NCBI GenBank assembly: GCA_040954595.2
Contig: CM082590.2
Location: forward strand, 9,760,088 to 9,824,087
Direction of reading: 5' to 3'
Length of the DNA stretch: 64,000 nt
Source of the DNA: Balanoglossus misakiensis
Lineage: Eukaryota > Animalia > Hemichordata
Below are positions 26,241 to 39,515 of the stretch, one piece after another. The number at the start of each line of letters is the position of its first letter. Position 1 is the first letter of the stretch. The notes beneath the pieces are model-generated. The model saw only the letters and a list, made by a program, of their open reading frames with translations. It had not been told where the DNA came from and ran no database searches. A program made the position numbers and the translations under genes.

Positions 26241-29200
26241 AGCTCGGCGATGTAACATCGATTCTCACCTTGATTTGTGTTCCCGGTCAAATATTCCGAA
26301 GATTTCTAACCTCTTACATCCAAACAATACATATTACGCACAATCCCGGACGTCGCTTGGTTTAATTCGAAGAAATCTGCAAGCGTAGCCGTCGCCAAAG
26401 TTTCTCCGATACGATGCATGAAGCCCTAGATAGTTGACCCGAATGACCTTGCAGCCTCGTCCGGTCAAATTCATCAATGATTGGGATATTTCATGATCTA
26501 CAAATAAAATTTAGCATTAGATATTGTCCGCTTCACATCATAATAATCTTTATCACTGCCATTTCATTATCATCACCATTATCATTATATAGTCGTCATC
26601 ACTATTCTCATCATCTCTATCATCATCTCCATGGTTACCATTATCCTCAAAATCGACTATATTCTAACCAGAAAAAAATATTCTAAATCTTAGAATACAA
26701 AATTGTTACTGCTAAACAAGTACACACCACTAAAGTTCGGTAATATTTCCTGTGCCCCCACCTGTAGACTACTGAAAAACCCTTAAATCCAACCTCTTCA
26801 CTTTCTTGGCCGAAAACGCCTTGTAGCAGGTCAAATACTAATAAAAACAAAAGAATTGAAAGATTGCCATCTGAGACTTTTAAACTGAAAAATCGGCCTC
26901 AAAACCTACTTTTTGCTTACATGTTATACTTTGCCTGGGTTCGGACAAGCAATCTAAACACTTTAGCATAAAATCCGGTTTTATTTGGTGGAAAACTAAG
27001 TGAAATATTGAGAAAAACCGCCAAAATTACCCCCGAAGTCATCATGCCGTCGGCAAGATTTGCATGTATTTGCATGTATTTGCATATGCAGATATCAAGG
27101 CGAGTACTGCAAAAAAGGGAAGGGGGTGAACAAAGTAATTTTGATGGCGGTTAAAAGAGGGCGCTCGTCGCGACCTTTAACCTCGTATACTGTGTATTGT
27201 ACTTTCCCATAACAAGTACAAATGGCCGTCTCGCAAGTCGAAAAATCGTCGTTTTTTTGAAGATTTTCATGAGCTATAACCCATGGTTTTTGTCAAGAAA
27301 TGAAGAAATTTTGAAAATTCGCAAAGTCGAAAAATCGTCGATTTTTAAAGATTTTCATGAGCTATAACCCATGGTTTTTGTCAAGAAATGAAGAAATTTT
27401 GAAAATTCGCAAAGTCGAAAAATCGTCGATTTTTAAAGATTTTCATGAGCTATAACCCATGGTTTTTGTCAAGAAATGAAGAAATTTTGAAAATTCGCAA
27501 AGTCGAAAAATCGTCGTTTTTTTGAAGATTTTCATGAGCTATAACCCATGGTTTTTGTCAAGAAATGAAGAAATTTGGAAACCTCGCAAAGTCGCAAAAT
27601 CGTCGATTTTTGAAGATTTTCATGAGCTATAACCCATGGTTTTTGTCAAGAAATGAAGAAATTTTGAAAATTCGCAAAGTCGAAAAATCGTCGATTTTTG
27701 AAAATTTTCATGAGCTATAACCCATGGTTTTTGTCAAGAAATGAAGAAATTTTGAAAATTCGCAAAGTCGATAAATCGTCGATTTTTGAAAATTTTCATG
27801 AGCTATAACCCATGGTTTTTGTCAAGAAATGAAGAAATTTTGAAAATTCGCAAAGTCGAAAAATCGTCGTTTTTTGAAGATTTTCATGAGCTATAACCCA
27901 TGGTTTTTGTCAAGAAATGAAGAAATTTTGAAAATTCGCAAAGTCGAAAAATCGTCGATTTTTGAAGATTTTCATGAGCTATAACCCATGGTTTTTGTCA
28001 AGAAATGAAGAAATTTTGAAAATTCGCAAAGTCGAAAAATCGTCGATTTTTGAAAATTTTCATGAGCTATAACCCATGGTTTTTGTCAAGAAATGAAGAA
28101 ATTTTGAAAATTCGCAAAGTCGAAAAATCGTCGATTTTTGAAGATTTTCATGAGCTATAACCCATGGTTTTTGTCAAGAAATGAAGAAATTTTGAAAATT
28201 CGCAAAGTCGAAAAATCGTCGTTTTTTGAAGATTTTCATGAGCTATAACCCATGGTTTTTGTCAAGAAATGAAGAAATTTTGAAAATTCGCAAAGTCTAA
28301 AAATCGTCGATTTTTGAAGATTTTCATGAGCTATAACCCATGGTTTTTGTCAAGAAATGAAGAAATTTTGAAAATTCGCAAAGTCGAAAAATCGTCGATT
28401 TTTTAAAGATTTTCATGAGCTATAACCCATGGTTTTTGTCAAGAAATGAAGAAATTTTAAAAATTCGCAAAGTCGAAAAATCGTCGATTTTTTTGAAGAT
28501 TTTCATGAGCTATAACCCATGGTTTTTGTCAAGAAATGAAGAAATTTTGAAAATTCGCAAAGTCGAAAAATCGTCGATTTTTTGAAGATTTTCATGAGCT
28601 ATAACCCATGGCTTTTGTCAAGAAATGAAGAAATTTTGAAAATGCGCAAAGTCGAAAAATCGTCGATTTTTGCATGATTTTCATGAGCTATAACCCATGA
28701 TTTTTTTCAAAAAATGAAGAACTTTAGAAACTTCACAAAGTCGAAAAAGCTCGGCGATGTAACATCGATTCTCACCTTGATTTGTGTTCCCGGTCAAATA
28801 TTCCGAAGATTTCTATCCTCTTACATCCAAACAATACATATTACGCACAATCCCGGACGTCGCTTGGTTTAATTCGAAGAAATCTGCAAGCGTAGCCGTC
28901 GCCAGAGTTTCTCCGATACGATGCATGAAGCCCTAGATGGTTGACCCGAATGACCTTGCAGCCTCGTCCGGTCAAATTCATCAATGATTGGGATATTTCA
29001 TGATCTACAAAATAAAATTTAGCATTAGATATTGTCCGCTTCACATCATAATAATCTGTATCACTGCCATTTCATTATCATCACCATTATCATTATATAG
29101 TCGTCATCACTATTCTCATCATCTCTATCATCATCTCCATGGTTACCATCATCCTCAAAATCGACTATATTCTAACCAGAAAAAAATATTCTAAATCTTA

Positions 29201-32200
29201 GAATACAAAATTGTTACTGCTAAACAAGTACACACCACTAAAGTTCGGTAATATTTCCTGTACCCCCACCTGTAGACTACTGAAAAACCCTTAAATCCAA
29301 CCTCTTCACTTTCTTGGCCGAAAACGCCTTGTAGCAGGTCAAATACTGATAAAAACAAAAGAATTGAAAGATTGCCATCTGAGACTATTAAACTGAAAAA
29401 TCGGCCTCAAAACCTACTTTTTGCTTACATGTTATACTTTGCCTGGGTTCGGACAAGCAATCTAAACACTTTAGCATAAAATCCGGTTTTATTTGGTGGA
29501 AAACTAAGTGAAATATTGAGAAAAACCGCCAAAATTACCCCCGAAGTCATCATGCCGTCGGCAAGATTTGCATGTATTTGCATGTATTTGCATATGCAGA
29601 TATCAAGGCGAGTACTGCAAAAAAGGGAAGGGGGTGAACAAAGTAATTTTGATGGCGGTTAAAAGAGGGCGCTCGTCGCGACCTTTAACCTCGTATACTG
29701 TGTATTGTACTTTCCCATAACAAGTACAAATGGCCGTCTCGCAAGTCGAAAAATCGTCGTTTTTTTGAATATTTTCATGAGCTATAACCCATGGTTTTTG
29801 TCAAGAAATGAAGAAATTTGGAAACCTCGCAAAGTCGCAAAATCGTCGATTTTTGAAGATTTTCATGAGCTATAACCCATGGTTTTTGTCAAGAAATGAA
29901 GAAATTTTGAAAATTCGCAAAGTCGAAAAATCGTCGATTTTTAAAGATTTTCATGAGCTATAACCCATGGTTTTTGTCAAGAAATGAAGAAATTTTGAAA
30001 ATTCGCAAAGTCGAAAAATCGTCGATTTTTTAAAGATTTTCATGAGCTATAACCCATGGTTTTTGTCAAGAAATGAAGAAATTTTGAAAATTCGCAAAGT
30101 CGAAAAATCGTCGATTTTTAAAGATTTTCATGAGCTATAACCCATGGTTTTTGTCAAGAAATGAAGAAATTTTGAAAATTCGCAAAGTCGAAAAATCGTC
30201 GATTTTTAAAGATTTTCATGAGCTATAACCCATGGTTTTTGTCAAGAAATGAAGAAATTTTGAAAATTCGCAAAGTCAAAAAATCGTCGTTTTTTTGAAG
30301 ATTTTCATGAGCTATAACCCATGGTTTTTGTCAAGAAATGAAGAAATTTTGAAAATTCGCAAAGTCGAAAAATCGTCGATTTTTTAAAGATTTTCATGAG
30401 CTATAACCCATGGTTTTTGTCAAGAAATGAAGAAATTTAAAAAATTCGCAAAGTCGAAAATTCGTCGATTTTTGAAAATTTTCATGAGCTATAACCCATG
30501 GTTTTTGTCAAGAAATGAAGAAATTTTGAAAATTCGCAAAGTCGAAAAATCGTCGATTTTTGAAAATTTTCATGAGCTATAACCCATGGTTTTTGTCAAG
30601 AAATGAAGAAATTTTGAAAATTCGCAAAGTCGAAAAATCGTCGTTTTTTGAAGATTTTCATGAGCTATAACCCATGGTTTTTGTCAAGAAATGAAGAAAT
30701 TTTGAAAATTCGCAAAGTCTAAAAATCGTCGATTTTTGAAGATTTTCATGAGCTATAACCCATGGTTTTTGTCAAGAAATGAAGAAATTTTGAAAATTCG
30801 CAAAGTCGAAAAATCGTCGATTTTTTAAAGATTTTCATGAGCTATAACCCATGGTTTTTGTCAAGAAATGAAGAAATTTTGAAAATTCGCAAAGTCTAAA
30901 AATCGTCGATTTTTGAAGATTTTCATGAGCTATAACCCATGGTTTTTGTCAAGAAATGAAGAAATTTTGAAAATTCGCAAAGTCGAAAAATCGTCGATTT
31001 TTTAAAGATTTTCATGAGCTATAACCCATGGTTTTTGTCAAGAAATGAAGAAATTTTGAAAATTCGCAAAGTCGAAAAATCGTCGATTTTTTGAAGATTT
31101 TCATGAGCTATAACCCATGGCTTTTGTCAAGAAATGAAGAAATTTTGAAAATGCGCAAAGTCGAAAAATCGTCGATTTTTGCATGATTTTCATGAGCTAT
31201 AACCCATGATTTTTTTCAAAAAATGAAGAACTTTAGAAACTTCACAAAGTCGAAAAAGCTCGGCGATGTAACATCGATTCTCACCTTGATTTGTGTTCCC
31301 GGTCAAATATTCCGAAGGTTTCTATCCTCTTACATCCAAACAATACATTTTACGCACAATCCCGGACGTCGCTTGGTTTAATTCGAAGAAATCTGCAAGC
31401 GTAGCCGTCGCCAGAGTTTCTCCGATACGATGCATGAAGCCCTAGATGGTTGACCGGAATGACCTTGCAGCCTCGTCCGGTCAAATTCATCAATGATTGG
31501 GATATTTCATGATCTACAAAATAAAATTTAGCATTAGATATTGTCCGCTTCACATCATAATAATCTGTATCACTGCCATTTCATTATCATCACCATTATC
31601 ATTATATAGTCGTCATCACTATTCTCATCATCTCTATCATCATCTCCATGGTTACCATCATCCTCAAAATCGACTATATTCTAACCAGAAAAAAATATTC
31701 TAAATCTTAGAATACAAAATTGTTACTGCTAAACAAGTACACACCACTAAAGTTCGGTAATATTTCCTGTACCCCCACCTGTAGACTACTGAAAAACCCT
31801 TAAATCCAACCTCTTCACTTTCTTGGCCGAAAACGCCTTGTAGCAGGTCAAATACTGATAAAAACAAAAGAATTGAAAGATTGCCATCTGAGACTTTTAA
31901 ACTGAAAAATCGGCCTCAAAACCTACTTTTTGCTTACATGTTATACTTTGCCTGGGTTCGGACAAGCAATCTAAACACTTTAGCATAAAATCCGGTTTTA
32001 TTTGGTGGAAAACTAAGTGAAATATTGAGAAAAACCGCCAAAATTACCCCCGAAGTCATCATGCCGTCGGCAAGATTTGCATGTATTTGCATGTATTTGC
32101 ATATGCAGATATCAAGGCGAGTACTGCAAAAAAGGGAAGGGGGTGAACAAAGTAATTTTGATGGCGGTTAAAAGAGGGCGCTCGTCGCGACCTTTAACCT

Positions 32201-35200
32201 CGTATACTGTGTATTGTACTTTCCCATAACAAGTACAAATGGCCGTCTCGCAAGTCGAAAAATCGTCGTTTTTTTGAATATTTTCATGAGCTATAACCCA
32301 TGGTTTTTGTCAAGAAATGAAGAAATTTGGAAACCTCGCAAAGTCGAAAAATCGTCGATTTTTAAAGATTTTCATGAGCTATAACCCATGGTTTTTGTCA
32401 AGAAATGAAGAAATTTTGAAAATTCGCAAAGTCGAAAAATCGTCGATTTTTGAAAATTTTCATGAGCTATAACCCATGGTTTTTGTCAAGAAATGAAGAA
32501 ATTTTGAAAATTCGCAAAGTCGAAAAATCGTCGATTTTTGAAAATTTTCATGAGCTATAACCCAAGGTTTTTGTCAAGAAATGAAGAAATTTTGAAAATT
32601 CGCAAAGTCGAAAAATCGTCGTTTTTTGAAGATTTTCATGAGCTATAACCCATGTTTTTTGTCAAGAAATGAAGAAATTTTGAAAATTCGCAAAGTCTAA
32701 AAATCGTCGATTTTTGAAGATTTTCATGAGCTATAACCCATGGTTTTTGTCAAGAAATGAAGAAATTTTGAAAATTCGCAAAGTCGAAAAATCGTCGATT
32801 TTTTAAAGATTTTCATGAGCTATAACCCATGGTTTTTGTCAAGAAATGAAGAAATTTTGAAAATTCGCAAAGTCTAAAAATCGTCGATTTTTGAAGATTT
32901 TCATGAGCTATAACCCATGGTTTTTGTCAAGAAATGAAGAAATTTTGAAAATTCGCAAAGTCGAAAAATCGTCGATTTTTTAAAGATTTTCATGAGCTAT
33001 AACCCATGGTTTTTGTCAAGAAATGAAGAAATTTTGAAAATTCGCAAAGTCTAAAATCGTCGATTTTTGAAGATTTTCATGAGCTATAACCCATGGTTTT
33101 TGTCAAGAAATGAAGAAATTTTGAAAATTCGCAAAGTCGAAAAATCGTCGATTTTTTAAAGATTTTCATGAGCTATAACCCATGGTTTTTGTCAAGAAAT
33201 GAAGAAATTTTAAAAATTCGCAAAGTCGAAAAATCGTCGATTTTTTTGAAGATTTTCATGAGCTATAACCCATGGTTTTTGTCAAGAAATGAAGAAATTT
33301 TGAAAATTCGCAAAGTCGAAAAATCGTCGATTTTTTGAAGATTTTCATGAGCTATAACCCATGGCTTTTGTCAAGAAATGAAGAAATTTTGAAAATGCGC
33401 AAAGTCGAAAAATCGTCGATTTTTGCATGATTTTCATGAGCTATAACCCATGATTTTTTTCAAAAAATGAAGAACTTTAGAAACTTCACAAAGTCGAAAA
33501 AGCTCGGCGATGTAACATCGATTCTCACCTTGATTTGTGTTCCCGGTCAAATATTCCGAAGATTTCTATCCTCTTACATCCAAACAATACATTTTACGCA
33601 CAATCCCGGACGTCGCTTGGTTTAATTCGAAGAAATCTGCAAGCGTAGCCGTCGCCAGAGTTTCTCCGATACGATGCATGAAGCCCTAGATGGTTGACCC
33701 GAATGACCTTGCAGCCTCGTCCGGTCAAATTCATCAATGATTGGGATATTTCATGATCTACAAAATAAAATTTAGCATTAGATATTGTCCGCTTCACATC
33801 ATAATAATCTGTATCACTGCCATTTCATTATCATCACCATTATCATTATATAGTCGTCATCACTATTCTCATCATCTCTATCATCATCTCCATGGTTACC
33901 ATCATCCTCAAAATCGACTATATTCTAACCAGAAAAAAATATTCTAAATCTTAGAATACAAAATTGTTACTGCTAAACAAGTACACACCACTAAAGTTCG
34001 GTAATATTTCCTGTACCCCCACCTGTAGACTACTGAAAAACCCTTAAATCCAACCTCTTCACTTTCTTGGCCGAAAACGCCTTGTAGCAGGTCAAATACT
34101 GATAAAAACAAAAGAATTGAAAGATTGCCATCTGAGACTTTTAAACTGAAAAATCGGCCTCAAAACCTACTTTTTGCTTACATGTTATACTTTGCCTGGG
34201 TTCGGACAAGCAATCTAAACACTTTAGCATAAAATCCGGTTTTATTTGGTGGAAAACTAAGTGAAATATTGAGAAAAACCGCCAAAATTACCCCCGAAGT
34301 CATCATGCCGTCGGCAAGATTTGCATGTATTTGCATGTATTTGCATATGCAGATATCAAGGCGAGTACTGCAAAAAAGGGAAGGGGGTGAACAAAGTAAT
34401 TTTGATGGCGGTTAAAAGAGGGCGCTCGTCGCGACCTTTAACCTCGTATACTGTGTATTGTACTTTCCCATAACAAGTACAAATGGCCGTCTCGCAAGTC
34501 GAAAAATCGTCGTTTTTTTGAATATTTTCATGAGCTATAACCCATGGTTTTTGTCAAGAAATGAAGAAATTTGGAAACCTCGCAAAGTCGAAAAATCGTC
34601 GATTTTTGAAGATTTTCATGAGCTATAACCCATGGTTTTTGTCAAGAAATGAAGAAATTTTGAAAATTCGCAAAGTCGAAAAATCGTCGATTTTTTAAAG
34701 ATTTTCATGAGCTATAACCCATGGTTTTTGTCAAGAAATGAAGAAATTTTGAAAATTCGCAAAGTCGAAAAATCGTCGATTTTTAAAGATTTTCATGAGC
34801 TATAACCCATGGTTTTTGTCAAGAAATGAAGAAATTTTGAAAATTGGCAAAGTCGAAAAATCGTCGATTTTTAAAGATTTTCATGAGCTATAACCCATGG
34901 TTTTTGTCAAGAAATGAAGAAATTTTGAAAATTCGCAAAGTCGAAAAATCGTCGTTTTTTTGAAGATTTTCATGAGCTATAACCCATGGTTTTTGTCAAG
35001 AAATGAAGAAATTTGGAAACCTCGCAAAGTCGCAAAATCGTCGATTTTTGAAGATTTTCATGAGCTATAACCCATGGTTTTTGTCAAGAAATGAAGAAAT
35101 TTTGAAAATTCGCAAAGTCGAAAAATCGTCGATTTTTAAAGATTTTCATGAGCTATAACCCATGGTTTTTGTCAAGAAATGAAGAAATTTTGAAAATTCG

Positions 35201-38097
35201 CAAAGTCGAAAAATCGTCGATTTTTGAAAATTTTCATGAGCTATAACCCATGGTTTTTGTCAAGAAATGAAGAAATTTTGAAAATTCGCAAAGTCGAAAA
35301 ATCGTCGATTTTTGAAAATTTTCATGAGCTATAACCCAAGGTTTTTGTCAAGAAATGAAGAAATTTTGAAAATTCGCAAAGTCGAAAAATCGTCGTTTTA
35401 TGAAGATATTATGAGCTATAACCCATGGTTTTTGTCAAGAAATGAAGAAATTTTGAAAATTCGCAAAGTCTAAAAATCGTCGATTTTTGAAGATTTTCAT
35501 GAGCTATAACCCATGGTTTTTGTCAAGAAATGAAGAAATTTTGAAAATTCGCAAAGTCGAAAAATCGTCGATTTTTTAAAGATTTTCATGAGCTATAACC
35601 CATGGTTTTTGTCAAGAAATGAAGAAATTTTGAAAATTCGCAAAGTCTAAAAATCGTCGATTTTTGAAGATTTTCATGAGCTATAACCCATGGTTTTTGT
35701 CAAGAAATGAAGAAATTTTGAAAATTCGCAAAGTCGAAAAATCGTCGATTTTTTAAAGATTTTCATGAGCTATAACCCATGGTTTTTGTCAAGAAATGAA
35801 GAAATTTTGAAAATTCGCAAAGTCTAAAATCGTCGATTTTTGAAGATTTTCATGAGCTATAACCCATGGTTTTTGTCAAGAAATGAAGAAATTTTGAAAA
35901 TTCGCAAAGTCGAAAAATCGTCGATTTTTTGAAGATTTTCATGAGCTATAACCCATGGCTTTTGTCAAGAAATGAAGAAATTTTGAAAATGCGCAAAGTC
36001 GAAAAATCGTCGATTTTTGCATGATTTTCATGAGCTATAACCCATGATTTTTTTCAAAAAATGAAGAACTTTAGAAACTTCACAAAGTCGAAAAAGCTCG
36101 GCGATGTAACATCGATTCTCACCTTGATTTGTGTTCCCGGTCAAATATTCCGAAGATTTCTATCCTCTTACATCCAAACAATACATTTTACGCACAATCC
36201 CGGACGTCGCTTGGTTTAATTCGAAGAAATCTGCAAGCGTAGCCGTCGCCAGAGTTTCTCCGATACGATGCATGAAGCCCTAGATGGTTGACCCGAATGA
36301 CCTTGCAGCCTCGTCCGGTCAAATTCATCAATGATTGGGATATTTCATGATCTACAAAATAAAATTTAGCATTAGATATTGTCCGCTTCACATCATAATA
36401 ATCTGTATCACTGCCATTTCATTATCATCACCATTATCATTATATAGTCGTCATCACTATTCTCATCATCTCTATCATCATCTCCATGGTTACCATCATC
36501 CTCAAAATCGACTATATTCTAACCAGAAAAAAATATTCTAAATCTTAGAATACAAAATTGTTACTGCTAAACAAGTACACACCACTAAAGTTCGGTAATA
36601 TTTCCTGTACCCCCACCTGTAGACTACTGAAAAACCCTTAAATCCAACCTCTTCACTTTCTTGGCCGAAAACGCCTTGTAGCAGGTCAAATACTGATAAA
36701 AACAAAAGAATTGAAAGATTGCCATCTGAGACTTTTAAACTGAAAAATCGGCCTCAAAACCTACTTTTTGCTTACATGTTATACTTTGCCTGGGTTCGGA
36801 CAAGCAATCTAAACACTTTAGCATAAAATCCGGTTTTATTTGGTGGAAAACTAAGTGAAATATTGAGAAAAACCGCCAAAATTACCCCCGAAGTCATCAT
36901 GCCGTCGGCATGATTTGCATGTATTTGCATGTATTTGCATATGCAGATATCAAGGCGAGTACTGCAAAAAAGGGAAGGGGGTGAACAAAGTAATTTTGAT
37001 GGCGGTTAAAAGAGGGCGCTCGTCGCGACCTTTAACCTCGTATACTGTGTATTGTACTTTCCCATAACAAGTACAAATGGCCGTCTCGCAAGTCGAAAAA
37101 TCGTCGTTTTTTTGAATATTTTCATGAGCTATAACCCATGGTTTTTGTCAAGAAATGAAGAAATTTGGAAACCTCGCAAAGTCGCAAAATCGTCGATTTT
37201 TGAAGATTTTCATGAGCTATAACCCATGGTTTTTGTCAAGAAATGAAGAAATTTTGAAAATTCGCAAAGTCGAAAAATCGTCGATTTTTTAAAGATTTTC
37301 ATGAGCTATAACCCATGGTTTTTGTCAAGAAATGAAGAAATTTTGAAAATTCGCAAAGTCGAAAAATCGTCGATTTTTAAAGATTTTCATGAGCTATAAC
37401 CCATGGTTTTTGTCAAGAAATGAAGAAATTTTGAAAATTGGCAAAGTCGAAAAATCGTCGATTTTTAAAGATTTTCATGAGCTATAACCCATGGTTTTTG
37501 TCAAGAAATGAAGAAATTTTGAAAATTCGCAAAGTCGAAAAATCGTCGTTTTTTTGAAGATTTTCATGAGCTATAACCCATGGTTTTTGTCAAGAAATGA
37601 AGAAATTTGGAAACCTCGCAAAGTCGCAAAATCGTCGATTTTTGAAGATTTTCATGAGCTATAACCCATGGTTTTTGTCAAGAAATGAAGAAATTTTGAA
37701 AATTCGCAAAGTCGAAAAATCGTCGATTTTTAAAGATTTTCATGAGCTATAACCCATGGTTTTTGTCAAGAAATGAAGAAATTTTGAAAATTCGCAAAGT
37801 CGAAAAATCGTCGATTTTTAAAGATTTTCATGAGCTATAACCCATGGTTTTTGTCAAGAAATGAAGAAATTTTGAAAATTCGCAAAGTCGAAAAATCGTC
37901 GATTTTTAAAGATTTTCATGAGCTATAACCCATGGTTTTTGTCAAGAATTGAAGAAATTTAAAAAATTCACAAAGTCGAAAAATCGTCATTTTTTGATGA
38001 TTTTCATGAGCTATAACCCATGATTTTTTTTCAAAAATGAAGAAATTTAAAAAATTCACAAAGTCGAACCACCGTAATTTTTGGATGATTTTCATGA
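26241..38097 (+). repeat. Compound macrosatellite: 5 x [~990-bp spacer + array of 88-bp monomers]
   Basis: Units start with agctcggcgatg at 26241, 28748, 31257, 33501 and 36095 (periods 2507, 2509, 2244, 2594). Arrays of caaagtcgaaaaatcgtcgatttttgaagattttcatgagctataacccatggtttttgtcaagaaatgaagaaattttgaaaattcg lie at ~27231-28747, 29739-31256, 32248-33500, 34492-36094 and 37086-38097 (~17, 17, 14, 18 and 11 monomers). Confidence 0.97.
27058..27093 (+). promoter_or_regulatory. Triple octamer (ATTTGCAT) cluster with an overlapping palindromic TGCATATGCA; present in every spacer copy and at ~18897
   Basis: Sequence atttgcatgtatttgcatgtatttgcatatgcagat. ATTTGCAT is the POU/Oct consensus. Function is inferred only. 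Confidence 0.45.
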
Positions 38098-38187
38098 AAC
38101 AATTAAAACGTTTTAATGCAAAGTTTGAAAATTAATGTACATGTACAATGATTACAAAAGAAAACTTGCAGCAAAAAAAAAGAAAAA

Positions 38188-38258
38188 GGAAAGCCTGGTC
38201 TCGAACGAACTGCGATCCAATTCGCAGTCTTGAACACTAACCATTAAGCTAGTAGATT
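38188..38258 (-). pseudogene. tRNA-derived Pol III-type unit, degenerate
   Basis: On the minus strand: A box TAGCTTAATGG, loop CTGCGAA and B box GTTCGAGACC, followed by T-rich runs. The stems are imperfect. Confidence 0.5.
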
Positions 38259-39515
38259 GCTCGGTTAACTCTCGAGAAATCTAATATGATATGCGAAATA
38301 AATTACAGTAGGCCTAATTATCTCATTACAGTAAGTTCTGTTGAACCTGCTATAATGAGAAAACGTTAATTTTTATTAATTTAGGTTCGTTGTTTGTACT
38401 GTTAAAATCGCATATCTCTAAGCTATTCCAACTGAGGTCAACAGGGGTCAAATCTGCAAATCCAGGTGATCATTGTTCGCACTGCGTCTGACGTAACTAG
38501 GCAGGCGCGTCTTGTCGTCACGGAAACAGACAAGACGCGTCGCCGGGCCGTCCGCGTACGTGCAGCCCGTAGTCTCGCTATGCGACGTCGGCATTTTCGT
38601 GGACGTCGTAATTTTCTGAGTATATTTATATCTGTCTGTACCAGAGGTACATTGACGCTTCAGAAAAAATGTCTTGAAATATATTTCACTGAAATATATC
38701 CGTAAAGGGCGATCAGTCCACTGTAAACAATGCGGACCCGATCGCTCGCTGCTAAAGCACACGAAAAACTACGATATCTTTCCAATATACAATATTGCAA
38801 TCTAAAAACATACGTGGGGGTACTCACCAGTGAGCGTATCAACGAGTACTTGGTGTCGTTTCATTTAAAAACCATATACCCCTTCGTATTTGGACGAACA
38901 AATCGGCCACTTCCGTGTTAGAGCATAGCGTCGTCTGGTCAATTTCTGCACTTCCGCTCCACGATTTCCCATGAAACCTTGCGCGTTCGCGAGATTCGCA
39001 TTGGGTTAATTTACGAAAAATATTAATATTTAGAACTGATTCCAAAATTTTTGTGTGCTTGGCTTTTGTTGCGCTGCCTCCCAATTCTGTATATTTTCCA
39101 AGAATTAAACAGATTTAATTTTACCAGTATTACGTTTCATTATTATTCTTTTAATTATAATTATATTTCATCAAGAAATGAAAATTCATTTGCCATTTCT
39201 GTTTAAAAAATTAACATACATGATACATAAAGTTTTATTTGGACTATTCTATAGTTTATTAAAACAGCAAACAATTCTAACCCAAATGCAAAACTGATTA
39301 CAATGTACTTCACTTCTCAACATATCTGTATGTGTGTAACGTCTGCCATTGTTATTGTTGACAAACAAAGTCTAGTCTGGTTCTGGTTTGGCGATTGTGG
39401 CCCTTTAAGCTTATACTATGTGCTTTATGACATTGACTATATACAATTTTTGTAACTAGAGTTTCTGGTTTGCCACTAGGCAGAAGATGATCACGGCCCT
39501 TTCAATGTAAAACAA

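Noticed and set aside
26477-36541. Repeated 67-69-aa ORFs, including a His-rich one, in each spacer
   Set aside because: They derive from a (CAT)-rich low-complexity tract. The start differs between copies because of a frameshift in copy 1, and there are no domain or splice features.
27231-38097. CRISPR-like array
   Set aside because: The monomers are contiguous with no unique spacers, the long spacers are near-identical to each other, no cas genes are present, and the context is eukaryotic.
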